A stretch of 64,000 bases of DNA from a virus. Taxonomy: Duplodnaviria > Caudoviricetes. Every line of letters starts with the position of its first letter. The stretch's first letter is position 1. The DNA is taken from the IMG/VR virus record IMGVR_UViG_3300021255_000040, positions 59,181-123,180 of that record. One strand, written 5' to 3'. Made by a program: the position numbers and the translations under genes. The notes beneath the pieces were generated by a model. It was not told the origin of the DNA. It saw nothing but the letters and a program-made list of their open reading frames with translations, and made no database searches. Below, in pieces: positions 10,271-18,699 of the stretch.

Positions 10271-10319
10271 TTGTCTATTTCATTGAAAATTACTATCTTT
10301 GTAATTGAAATGAAGATAG
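10271..10319 (+). promoter_or_regulatory. Intron-internal promoter (TTG-N20-TATCTTTG) and hairpin covering the GIY-YIG start codon
   Basis: -7 box at 10294-10301; stems ttcatt/aatgaa and aattac/gtaatt cover the ATG at 10310. Confidence 0.65.
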
Positions 10320-11233
10320 AGAAATATACAAATGAAATAAATCTTGCAGATATTGGAGTATACATTATTACTCATAACAACACTCCAACTGTCTATGTAG
10401 GCTCTACCTGCTGTAAAGGTGGTTTTGCTGAAAGATGGAGACACCATATTTTGTATTTAGAAAGAGGGAAAAATAATCCTGTACTAACAAATATATGCAA
10501 GAAATATGGAATTGAAGGTTTTAGATTCTCCATTTTAGAGAGAATGAATGGTTGTACACAAGAAGAAATAAGAAAAAGAGAAAGGTATTATATTGAGAAA
10601 TATGATAGTTATACTCATGGAGCAAATTGTAGTTTAAGCACAGATTGTTCCTTTAGAGTGCAGAAACATTTTCCTAATACTCCTGAAAAGTGTCAAAAAT
10701 ATAAAGATACTTGTACAACCAAGAAACCAATGTATGTTTATAATGGAAAAGGCGAGTTAATATATACTTTTGAATCAAGTGTTGAAGCTGATAGATTCTT
10801 CGGACTCAAAAAAGGTTCTTGTGGAGATAAAGCCAGAGAGGGATGGTCTCTTAATGGCAAGTACTGGTTTAGTCGTACTAAGAAAGACTGGATACCAGAA
10901 CAATTGAGACAAGAACGTATAAAACAAGGTCAAGAAAGAGCAGCTAAAACTCGTAGAGAGAATGGCAGCTATGATAATAGGCCTATTAGAAGCGGTTTTC
11001 ATGTATCTGAAAAAGCTAAGATTAAAGCAAGAGTATCTAATAAAATAAGTATGAAAGTTGACTTATATAACTTAGATGGATCTTTCTATAAATCCTTTGA
11101 ATCCCTTAATGAGTGTGATGATTTTCTTGGTTTAACGAGAGGAGCTACATCTAAAGTACTCAAAAATAAAGCAAAAACACTAAAAAGAAAGTATATACCA
11201 GTAAAGCATACTAATACCGTGCTAACTGATTAG
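10310..11233 (+). CDS. Intron-encoded GIY-YIG homing endonuclease with NUMOD1-like repeats
   Basis: GVYII..VYVGS, RW..H, RERYYI..N; start moved to the ATG at 10310, downstream of the promoter. Confidence 0.9.
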   Translation: MKIEKYTNEINLADIGVYIITHNNTPTVYVGSTCCKGGFAERWRHHILYLERGKNNPVLTNICKKYGIEGFRFSILERMNGCTQEEIRKRERYYIEKYDSYTHGANCSLSTDCSFRVQKHFPNTPEKCQKYKDTCTTKKPMYVYNGKGELIYTFESSVEADRFFGLKKGSCGDKAREGWSLNGKYWFSRTKKDWIPEQLRQERIKQGQERAAKTRRENGSYDNRPIRSGFHVSEKAKIKARVSNKISMKVDLYNLDGSFYKSFESLNECDDFLGLTRGATSKVLKNKAKTLKRKYIPVKHTNTVLTD

Positions 11234-11402
11234 ATTGCGTAAGGCTAATCAGTAGTGTAGAGCGTAGGTGGTGAATAAATATAATCCACCCAAGAGTGTC
11301 CGCTTCTGACTGCTACAATTGTAGTAAAAGAAGAAAATGTACGCCGAACTACAGGGAAACTTGTAGAACATAGGGATAAAAAGCCCTATGGATAACAATT
11401 TG

Positions 11403-11678
11403 TGGCATAATGCAGAGTATGGTAAGATTCGCACTTGTGCCTATCTTCCTATTGGTACTGCCCAGTATAATGACAATGGCTACATTATTCCATATACAGA
11501 CCAAGATGGCTTTGACTCCAAGTATGTCAAGCAGATTCTCTATGATGGAGTGATGAATCCTGAGGATAATCCTGAGTACAGTGTGCAGATTGATGTTAGA
11601 ACTACTGGCCAGACCTACAAGTCAGTTTCTGATAAGCTCCTTGAAGTGGCAAGGAAGTTTATCAAGGAACAAAGATGA
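11403..11678 (+). CDS. rIIB-like protein, exon 3
   Basis: WHNAEYGKIRTCAY matches the rIIB K.R.C.Y motif. Spliced CDS is 655+95+276 = 1026 nt (341 aa). Confidence 0.85.
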   Translation, partial: WHNAEYGKIRTCAYLPIGTAQYNDNGYIIPYTDQDGFDSKYVKQILYDGVMNPEDNPEYSVQIDVRTTGQTYKSVSDKLLEVARKFIKEQR

Positions 11679-12346
11679 CCATACAAGAGTATTTTGGTGA
11701 CTGGTCTAAAGTGGTAGACCTACAGGAGGCTGATAGGATTATTAAGAAACTGTCAGCCTCTAATCATATCATCTGCCCTCAACTCAAAGACATCTTCAAA
11801 TGTTTCAGGCTCTGCTCTCTCAGTAATCTAAGAGTGGTACTAATCGGACAGGATCCTTATCCTCAGAAAGGAGTGGCTACAGGTCTTGCCTTTGCCAATA
11901 GCCCAGACACTCCAGAAAATTCATATTCTCCTTCCTTGGAAATCCTTAGGGAATCTGTAATCAACTACACTATCCCACATAGAAGAGTTACTTTTGCTCC
12001 AGATTTGGAGAAGTGGGAAGCACAGGGGGTGCTGCTGTTAAACTCAGCACTTTCCTGTGAAGTAGGAAGAGTAGGAAGCCATACATTACTGTGGAGACCT
12101 TTCATCAAGTCCTTACTCACTAATCTCTCAAAGTACCATACAGGGCTGGTTTATCTGCTCATGGGAACTCAGGCTCAAAGTCTGGAACCCTATATCAACA
12201 AGCAGTTCAATCATGTGATTCATATCAGACATCCCTCATGGTATGCACGTCAGAGGCAGAGAATGCCTTCTGACATCTGGCAAGAGATTAACACCATTCT
12301 CATAGGTCAAAATGGCTATGGTATAGAATGGTTCACAGAGTATTAA
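11675..12346 (+). CDS. ung: Uracil-DNA glycosylase (family 1)
   Basis: GQDPY, GLAF, QGVLLLN and HPS motifs. Confidence 0.92.
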   Translation: MTIQEYFGDWSKVVDLQEADRIIKKLSASNHIICPQLKDIFKCFRLCSLSNLRVVLIGQDPYPQKGVATGLAFANSPDTPENSYSPSLEILRESVINYTIPHRRVTFAPDLEKWEAQGVLLLNSALSCEVGRVGSHTLLWRPFIKSLLTNLSKYHTGLVYLLMGTQAQSLEPYINKQFNHVIHIRHPSWYARQRQRMPSDIWQEINTILIGQNGYGIEWFTEY

Positions 12347-12365
12347 CAAATAAAACAAGAACAAG

Positions 12366-12728
12366 ATGAAAAAGTATTTTGTAGTTGAAACTGATGAAAT
12401 TTGTGAGTTTGGTGATGCATTACACCTTACTATGTTCAAAGAACTTGAGGATGGAAAGGTCACTGTAGAGAAGGATGTAGAGTTCTCTGAGGACACTATG
12501 GACTGGATGATTGAGATGGGCTTTGTAGAAGAGCGTGAAGTTGAGGAAAATGACCTGATTGACTTTGGCAATGAGGAACCTTGTGAGGCATTAGCTGCTC
12601 TGGAAGAAGATTTTGAGGCTCTTGAACAGAGAATTGATGCTATGGAAGTCATGATTAAAGAAATCTATGACCTCATCAAGCCATCTGTTAAGGAAGAGAA
12701 GAAGAATGCTCAACCAAAGAAGAAATGA
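12366..12728 (+). CDS. Acidic hypothetical protein
   Basis: Clean ORF, ATGA-coupled to the next gene. Confidence 0.65.
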   Translation: MKKYFVVETDEICEFGDALHLTMFKELEDGKVTVEKDVEFSEDTMDWMIEMGFVEEREVEENDLIDFGNEEPCEALAALEEDFEALEQRIDAMEVMIKEIYDLIKPSVKEEKKNAQPKKK

Positions 12729-13294
12729 GTGAACATATTGCTGGAGTAAATCCTAAGATATATAATGGTAAAGAGTATAGAAGTACCCTTGAAGCCGAAA
12801 CAGCTGAAACATTGGATAAAATGGGGATTCCTTGGGAGTATGAGACTAAAACTTATACTCTCCAGGAAAGCTTCTATTGTCAATGGCAGAAAAGAATAGT
12901 TATGCCTATTCAGTATATTCCAGACTTTATTATAGGGCCAATTCAAATTGAAATGAAAGGGTATGAAACTCCTGATTGGAAAATAAAAAAGAAGCTTTTC
13001 TTTAAGTACCTTAAGGAGAATGAGCCTGATACTATCTGGTATATGTGTAAGAACAACAAGCAGCTTCTTGAGGCTCTGGATAATCATTGGGCTTGTCTTG
13101 GTTTCTGTGTAGAGGCAACTTCAAAGCCTGACAAAAAGCATAACTCAGAAACTCATAAGTTTGATTCTATAAAGCAGGCTATGCTTGACCTTGGTCTTAA
13201 AGGTAAATCTATGACTTCCGTTCTTAGGTCTCTCACAGGTAAAACAGAATATGTTTATGGTTACAAGTGGAATTTAAAAAAGATAATATTGTAA
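12725..13294 (+). CDS. PD-(D/E)XK endonuclease (endonuclease I / resolvase-like) with C-terminal NUMOD1-like domain
   Basis: YRSTLEA, YIPDF and IEMKG motifs; C-terminal FDSIKQA...YGYKW. Confidence 0.75.
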   Translation: MSEHIAGVNPKIYNGKEYRSTLEAETAETLDKMGIPWEYETKTYTLQESFYCQWQKRIVMPIQYIPDFIIGPIQIEMKGYETPDWKIKKKLFFKYLKENEPDTIWYMCKNNKQLLEALDNHWACLGFCVEATSKPDKKHNSETHKFDSIKQAMLDLGLKGKSMTSVLRSLTGKTEYVYGYKWNLKKIIL

Positions 13295-13298
13295 AAAC

Positions 13299-13553
13299 AT
13301 GAAAAGTCGTTTTAATAAATATAAGAGTGAAGGCAAGGCTGCATCAAGCCAGATTGCCAATATCAATAACTTCATTGACTGGAACTTTGACAAGGGTCTT
13401 GACCTTATTGAAAAGGAAATCAACTCTCTTCAGAACCAGATTAATGGTGGAGCTGATAACAAGATGTTCCCTAAGAAGATTAATCTGCTCATCAGTTTAG
13501 GTGAGTTGATTGAGAAGACTCACGAAGCATATCACTTCAATAAGAACAACTGA
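13299..13553 (+). CDS. Hypothetical protein
   Basis: ORF tightly packed in the operon. Confidence 0.6.
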   Translation: MKSRFNKYKSEGKAASSQIANINNFIDWNFDKGLDLIEKEINSLQNQINGGADNKMFPKKINLLISLGELIEKTHEAYHFNKNN

Positions 13554-13555
13554 TT

Positions 13556-14599
13556 ATGGAAATAGTAAAGGAATTAAGTAGCATTTCCTTGGCTATCACA
13601 GAACCTGAGTACAGACAGAGGCCAGAGTTGAGTTATAGCACTTTAAGCACCTACGAAACTCTTGGCTTCACTGGCTTAGACCATCTGTTTGATAAGAAGG
13701 AAAGCTCTTCACTGACCTTAGGCAGTGTTGTAGATACAATACTTACAGGAGGAGAAGATGAGTTTAAAAGCCTTTATACAGTTCTGGATATTAATGTCAC
13801 AGATAGTGGCATTGACATTTGCAAAAGCTTGGTTAATCTGTGTCTACCGTTTGAAACTTTTGAGGAAATCCCTGAGAGCATAGTCTCTGATACTGCTAAG
13901 TCTGTTGGGTTCTGGCAAAATGACAAGTGGGACAAGAAGAGATATTCTGAGGTCTTGAAAACTGGCAATGTCGCAGAGTATTATAATGCTCTACGCAGCT
14001 CTGATAAGACTATCATCAGTTGTGACACTTACCAGACAGCTCTTGCTATGGTTAGAGCACTGAGGGAAAGTCCTGCTACTGCTGGATACTTTGCAGACAA
14101 TGATGAACTGTCCCCCATCAGAAGATATTACCAGCTTAAGTTTGCTGCTAATTTTGAAGGTGTGGGCTACAGGAACATGGCAGACCTCTTAGTGGTTGAT
14201 TATGAAAAAAAGGTAATATGGCCTATTGATCTGAAGACCTCGATGTCTACAGCAGAATGGGACTTTGAGCAAAACTTCAAGAAGTGGCACTATTACATCC
14301 AGGCAAGACTCTATTGGAGAATCATCCGTGCTAACATGGATAATGACCCATACTTCAAGGACTTTACTCTGGAGGATTATCGTTTCATCATCTGCAATCC
14401 TAAGACCCTGACTCCATTGGTATGGGAATTCCCATTGACTAAATCAGTAGGAACTCTTATAGATGATGACGGTAAGGAAATCAGAGATCCCTTTGAGATT
14501 GGTAAGGAATTGCAAGGTTATCTCAACCTCAGACCCCCAGTGCCTAATGGTATCAACAAGGATGGAATTAATATGATTAGATGTATTCAAAAGAAGTAA
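13556..14599 (+). CDS. PD-(D/E)XK exonuclease (RecB/Cas4-like family)
   Basis: LSYS, GSVVD, ADLLVVD, IDLKT and YYIQARLY motifs. Confidence 0.8.
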   Translation: MEIVKELSSISLAITEPEYRQRPELSYSTLSTYETLGFTGLDHLFDKKESSSLTLGSVVDTILTGGEDEFKSLYTVLDINVTDSGIDICKSLVNLCLPFETFEEIPESIVSDTAKSVGFWQNDKWDKKRYSEVLKTGNVAEYYNALRSSDKTIISCDTYQTALAMVRALRESPATAGYFADNDELSPIRRYYQLKFAANFEGVGYRNMADLLVVDYEKKVIWPIDLKTSMSTAEWDFEQNFKKWHYYIQARLYWRIIRANMDNDPYFKDFTLEDYRFIICNPKTLTPLVWEFPLTKSVGTLIDDDGKEIRDPFEIGKELQGYLNLRPPVPNGINKDGINMIRCIQKK

Positions 14600-14626
14600 C
14601 TTAATGCTTAAAGATATGAGAAAATT

Positions 14627-16798
14627 ATGGTAGTAATAAAGCGTGATGGCTCCAAAGAGGAGTTTAATCCAAAGAAGATTGAGAATGCTATTCTGAAGGC
14701 TTTTAAGGCTTGTAAGGAACCTTTGAGTGATAGAGACAGAATGACTATTAGCACTTTCTGTGTAGACTTGGAAGTAGCAGAACTGGAGATGACTGTAGAG
14801 AATATTCAGGATTCTGTCGAGAAATTCTTATTACAGAAGGACAAATGGTTTGAGGTAGGTAAAGCTTATATGTTGTATAGAGAACAGCATAAGCAGGCAA
14901 GAGTTATTTCTGAGAAACTGAAGTATATTCATAAGTATGTAGATTCCAATGAGTCTGCTACCAATCTCTCTAACACAGATGACAATGCCAACAGTAACAA
15001 GAAGAACTCTGCTACTCTGGAAGGTGAACTCCATAAGGATACCAACCGTATTGTTCAGAGAAGCCAGATGAAGGAGTTGCTGGCAGAGATTAGTTCTCCA
15101 TACAGAAACCAGTATGTCAAAGACTTAGAGCATCATATTATCTATCAGCATGATGAGACTGGTGCTATCATTAAGCCTTACTGCTCTGCCTATACCTTAT
15201 ATCCATTGCTGGTTGATGGTACTAGCAGTGTGGATGGTACAAAGAATCATGCTCCTCATCATCTTAGCAGCTTCTGTGGACAGTTCCAGAATCTTGTGTT
15301 CTTACTGTCAGCTCAGAAGAAAGGTGCTGGTGCTTATGGTGAGTTCTTTAACTTCTTCTCTTATTTCTGTGAGAAGGAATGGGGCTTGGAGTATTATAAG
15401 AAGGAAGATGTGGTGATTACTAATGAACACTGTTTAGAACAGAGGACTATTGGTCAGACTATTGACCAGTACTTCCAGTCAGTAACTCATTACATCAATC
15501 AGCCAGCTGGTAATCGTGGCTATCAAAGCCCCTTTACCAATTTCAATGTCTTTGACTCCTATTACTGGCACACCATGTTTGATGACTTTACATTTCCTGA
15601 TGGCACTCAACCTCATTGGGATGCAGTCAATTGGCTCCAGAAAAGATATATGAAGTGGCTGAATCAGGAAAGAACTAAGACTCTCTTGACCTTCCCTGTA
15701 ATGACTGTGTGCCTTCTGACAGATGGTAAGGATGTTCTAGACAAAGAATATAAGGATTTCATTACTACTCAGTGGGCTGAAGGTGATAGTTTCTTTGTCT
15801 ATCTCTCAGAGAATGCTGATAGTATCTCAAGCTGTTGCAGACTTAGAAATGAAATTACAGAGAATTCTTTCTCATCTACCACAGGACTTACAGGTGTTCA
15901 GACAGGCTCTTGTAATGTGATGACTCTTAATCTCAATAGAATTGTTCAGGATTTCTGTAAAGAAAAGGACTATACTCAGGCTAGAATTTTGAACGGAGAT
16001 GTGGATATGGAAGAATTTGAGGAGCATTTTAAGAGCTATCTTGAATCTATCCTTGACAGAGTCTATGACTATCAGAAAGCATATAAGACAGGTCTCTATA
16101 AACTGGATAAGCAAGGCATGTATCCTCAGACAAAAGCAGGTTACATTCACTTTGACAAGCTTTATTGCACTATTGGTGTTAATGGTTTGAATGAAGCTGC
16201 AAGGTTCTTAGGTCTGACTATTAGTAATAACAAGGACTATATGGACTTTGCTTCTTGGATTCTTGGTGTCATCAAGGACTACAACAAACAGCACTCTGAA
16301 AAGAAGTTCAAGTTCAACCTTGAGTTGGTTCCTGCTGAAAGCCTTGGTGTGAAGAACTATAATTGGGACAAGCAAGATGGATATTACGTGCCAGATGATG
16401 AGAATCTCTATAACAGCTATATCTATGATGCCCATGATGATACTTCTATCCTTAACAAGATAGCTATGCAGGGTGGTCAGATTGCTAAGTCTATTGATGG
16501 TGGACAGGCCAGCCATCTTAATTTACAGGACAACTTGGATAAGGAGCAGTACACTAAGCTTCTTGAGTATGCAGTACAGGTAGGTAACAGTTACATTACC
16601 TTCAATGTTCCTCAGACTCAGTGTGATGATTGTGGTTTCATTGCCAAGCATCCATTTACTGAGTGTCCTAAGTGCAGAAGCCATAAGGTTACTCAATGGA
16701 CTCGCATCATAGGCTACTTAAGACCTATCAAAGCTTGGAGTGAAGCTCGTCAGAAGGAAGGCTTAAATAGAATGTTTGCTAAAAAGGATAGTATCTAA
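14627..16798 (+). CDS. nrdD: Anaerobic (class III) ribonucleotide reductase with ATP-cone
   Basis: VIKRDG ATP-cone, TFPV, SSCCRL, PAES, CxxC..CxxC and glycyl-radical RIIGYL. Confidence 0.95.
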   Translation: MVVIKRDGSKEEFNPKKIENAILKAFKACKEPLSDRDRMTISTFCVDLEVAELEMTVENIQDSVEKFLLQKDKWFEVGKAYMLYREQHKQARVISEKLKYIHKYVDSNESATNLSNTDDNANSNKKNSATLEGELHKDTNRIVQRSQMKELLAEISSPYRNQYVKDLEHHIIYQHDETGAIIKPYCSAYTLYPLLVDGTSSVDGTKNHAPHHLSSFCGQFQNLVFLLSAQKKGAGAYGEFFNFFSYFCEKEWGLEYYKKEDVVITNEHCLEQRTIGQTIDQYFQSVTHYINQPAGNRGYQSPFTNFNVFDSYYWHTMFDDFTFPDGTQPHWDAVNWLQKRYMKWLNQERTKTLLTFPVMTVCLLTDGKDVLDKEYKDFITTQWAEGDSFFVYLSENADSISSCCRLRNEITENSFSSTTGLTGVQTGSCNVMTLNLNRIVQDFCKEKDYTQARILNGDVDMEEFEEHFKSYLESILDRVYDYQKAYKTGLYKLDKQGMYPQTKAGYIHFDKLYCTIGVNGLNEAARFLGLTISNNKDYMDFASWILGVIKDYNKQHSEKKFKFNLELVPAESLGVKNYNWDKQDGYYVPDDENLYNSYIYDAHDDTSILNKIAMQGGQIAKSIDGGQASHLNLQDNLDKEQYTKLLEYAVQVGNSYITFNVPQTQCDDCGFIAKHPFTECPKCRSHKVTQWTRIIGYLRPIKAWSEARQKEGLNRMFAKKDSI

Positions 16799-17245
16799 AT
16801 GGAAATGCAAGAAGAAGTAAAAGAGTGTATTAAATGTCATAGAATACTGCCACTTTCAGAATTTCAGAAGAGCACTAAGACAAATAATACTTGTAAGAAG
16901 TGTAAAGCTGAATATAAAAGGCAATATATGAGTATAAAAGAAAATCGAGAAAAGGCAAATAGAACAGAAAGTAGAAGACAGCTAAATTTCATTCGTTCTT
17001 TAAAAACTCCATGTATCGTATGTGGAGAATCTGAACCTGTATGTATTGATTTTCATCACTTAGATCCTACAACAAAGGAATTTGATGTAACTCTAAAAAG
17101 AACAAAAGCTAAAGCTAAAATAATTGCAGAGGCGGCAAAATGTGTTTGTCTTTGTTCTAATTGTCACAGAAAATTCCATGCGGGACTTCTTGACATTTCT
17201 GAGTATGTGAATAATCCAATTTATAAAAGAGATTTAAATGCTTAG
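16799..17245 (+). CDS. Free-standing Zn-binding HNH endonuclease inserted between nrdD and nrdG
   Basis: CxxC repeats, DFHHLDP and LCSNCHRKFH; AT-rich. Confidence 0.85.
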   Translation: MEMQEEVKECIKCHRILPLSEFQKSTKTNNTCKKCKAEYKRQYMSIKENREKANRTESRRQLNFIRSLKTPCIVCGESEPVCIDFHHLDPTTKEFDVTLKRTKAKAKIIAEAAKCVCLCSNCHRKFHAGLLDISEYVNNPIYKRDLNA

Positions 17246-17705
17246 GTATTTATATACAAAGGAATTATTTAGCGAGATCCCAGGCGAAATCAGCCTGGGC
17301 ATCTCTATTACAGGTTGTAGATTGAAGTGTGTTGGATGTCATAGCAGAGAACTTTGGGAAGATAAAGGTGAACCCCTTGATGTAGAAACTCTATGTGGGT
17401 TGCTCAATCAGCACGAAGGAATTACTTGTGTCTGCCTATTTGGTGGGGAACATGATATAGATACCCTAACAGAGCTATTCATGTATGCTCATAAGAGAGT
17501 CAAGACTGCATGGTATTCAGGACTTGACAGACTACCTAAAGACAAACATGGTATCCTTCAGTTTCTTGATTTTTATAAGGAAGGTCATTTTGACTATGAA
17601 CTGGGAGGACTTGATTCTCCTACTACTAATCAGAAGCTTTACCATATTACTCATCCTGGAGAAAAGCTGTGGGATATTACCAAATTATTACAAAAGAAAA
17701 TTTAA
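17238..17705 (+). CDS. nrdG: Anaerobic RNR activase (radical SAM)
   Basis: GCRLKCVGCHS (CxxxCxxC), GGE and TTNQ. Confidence 0.92.
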   Translation: MLRYLYTKELFSEIPGEISLGISITGCRLKCVGCHSRELWEDKGEPLDVETLCGLLNQHEGITCVCLFGGEHDIDTLTELFMYAHKRVKTAWYSGLDRLPKDKHGILQFLDFYKEGHFDYELGGLDSPTTNQKLYHITHPGEKLWDITKLLQKKI

Positions 17706-17710
17706 ACAAA

Positions 17711-18250
17711 ATGACAATTAAAGTTTTAGAGAAGACAGAAGGCTGCTTTCCTGTAACCTTTGAGATAGGTGATTGGTATGATCTCTGTACAGCAGAAGAC
17801 ATCACACTTAAAGCACCACAGGCAAATAAACTACATAAGAGAAACCAGCATAAGAATGACTCTCCTGAGATAAGAACGAGAGATGTTGATTTTGACTTTA
17901 AGCTAATTCCCCTTGGTGTAGCAATGGAGATGCCTAAAGGTACTGAGTGCCACCTTCTACCTAGAAGTTCTACTTTCAGTAAATATGGATTAATACAAGC
18001 TAATTCCCAAGGTGTTATAGATAGAAGCTATGCATCTGATAAAGATGAATGGAAATTGCCTGTAGTAGCCACAAGAAAAGTCACTATTCCCAAAGGTACA
18101 AGAATAGCACAATTTAGACTGATTCCCTCTCAGAAGGCTACAGTTTGGCAGAAGCTCCATTGGCTTTTCTCCAATGGTACAAAACTCAAGAAAGTATCTT
18201 ATCTCAACAACCCAGAGCGTAAGGGTATTGGAGAAGGTACTGGTAACTAA
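17711..18250 (+). CDS. dut: Trimeric dUTPase
   Basis: WYDL, PRSS, GVIDRSY, RIAQ and RKGIGEGTG; start taken at the ATG at 17711. Confidence 0.85.
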   Translation: MTIKVLEKTEGCFPVTFEIGDWYDLCTAEDITLKAPQANKLHKRNQHKNDSPEIRTRDVDFDFKLIPLGVAMEMPKGTECHLLPRSSTFSKYGLIQANSQGVIDRSYASDKDEWKLPVVATRKVTIPKGTRIAQFRLIPSQKATVWQKLHWLFSNGTKLKKVSYLNNPERKGIGEGTGN

Positions 18251-18267
18251 TTTAAACAAGTAATCGT

Positions 18268-18699
18268 ATGAATAATAATCATAACAAATCACTCCTCTCA
18301 TTCTCCTTTGCAAAAGGATTCACTAGCCCCAACTTTCCCATTGCCACTTTCTATCAAGGTAACAAGGAGCTTAACTTCATCATAGATACTGGCTCAGATG
18401 ATAATGTCATCAATAGTTCAGCACTGAAAGACATTAAGTATGAAGAAGTAAAGCACAATGGTACATTAGCAGGTGTTGGAGGTGTCTTCCAAGTAAAAGC
18501 TTGTAACATAGAGTTTCAGTATGATGGAGAGAATTTCAAAGAGAAGTTCATCATCTCTGAGCATCTTCAGCAAGCATTTGATGACATTCGCAATGCCCAT
18601 GCTATTCCTTTGCATGGAATGTTAGGCTCTAAGTTCCTCAGAGAAAACAACATTGTACTGGACTTCAACAATATGACAGCTTATAATAAAAAGGTATGA
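18268..18699 (+). CDS. Retropepsin-like aspartyl protease
   Basis: FIIDTGS catalytic motif, GVGG flap and GMLGSKFL. Confidence 0.85.
   Translation: MNNNHNKSLLSFSFAKGFTSPNFPIATFYQGNKELNFIIDTGSDDNVINSSALKDIKYEEVKHNGTLAGVGGVFQVKACNIEFQYDGENFKEKFIISEHLQQAFDDIRNAHAIPLHGMLGSKFLRENNIVLDFNNMTAYNKKV

Larger units (their letters stand above)
10194..11402 (+). ncRNA. Group I self-splicing intron 2 in rIIB-like gene
   Basis: Exon ends in U (cct). P1 gtgcct/gggccac has a U.G pair; P10 cca/tgg; P7 GCGUA(11262)/UACGC(11340); terminal G at 11402; core closely resembles intron 1. Confidence 0.9.

Noticed and set aside
16799-17245. Intron or intein in nrdD, polA or primase associated with the HNH genes
   Set aside because: Those genes are complete and uninterrupted, and no intron core or intein motifs flank the HNH ORFs, so they are free-standing.
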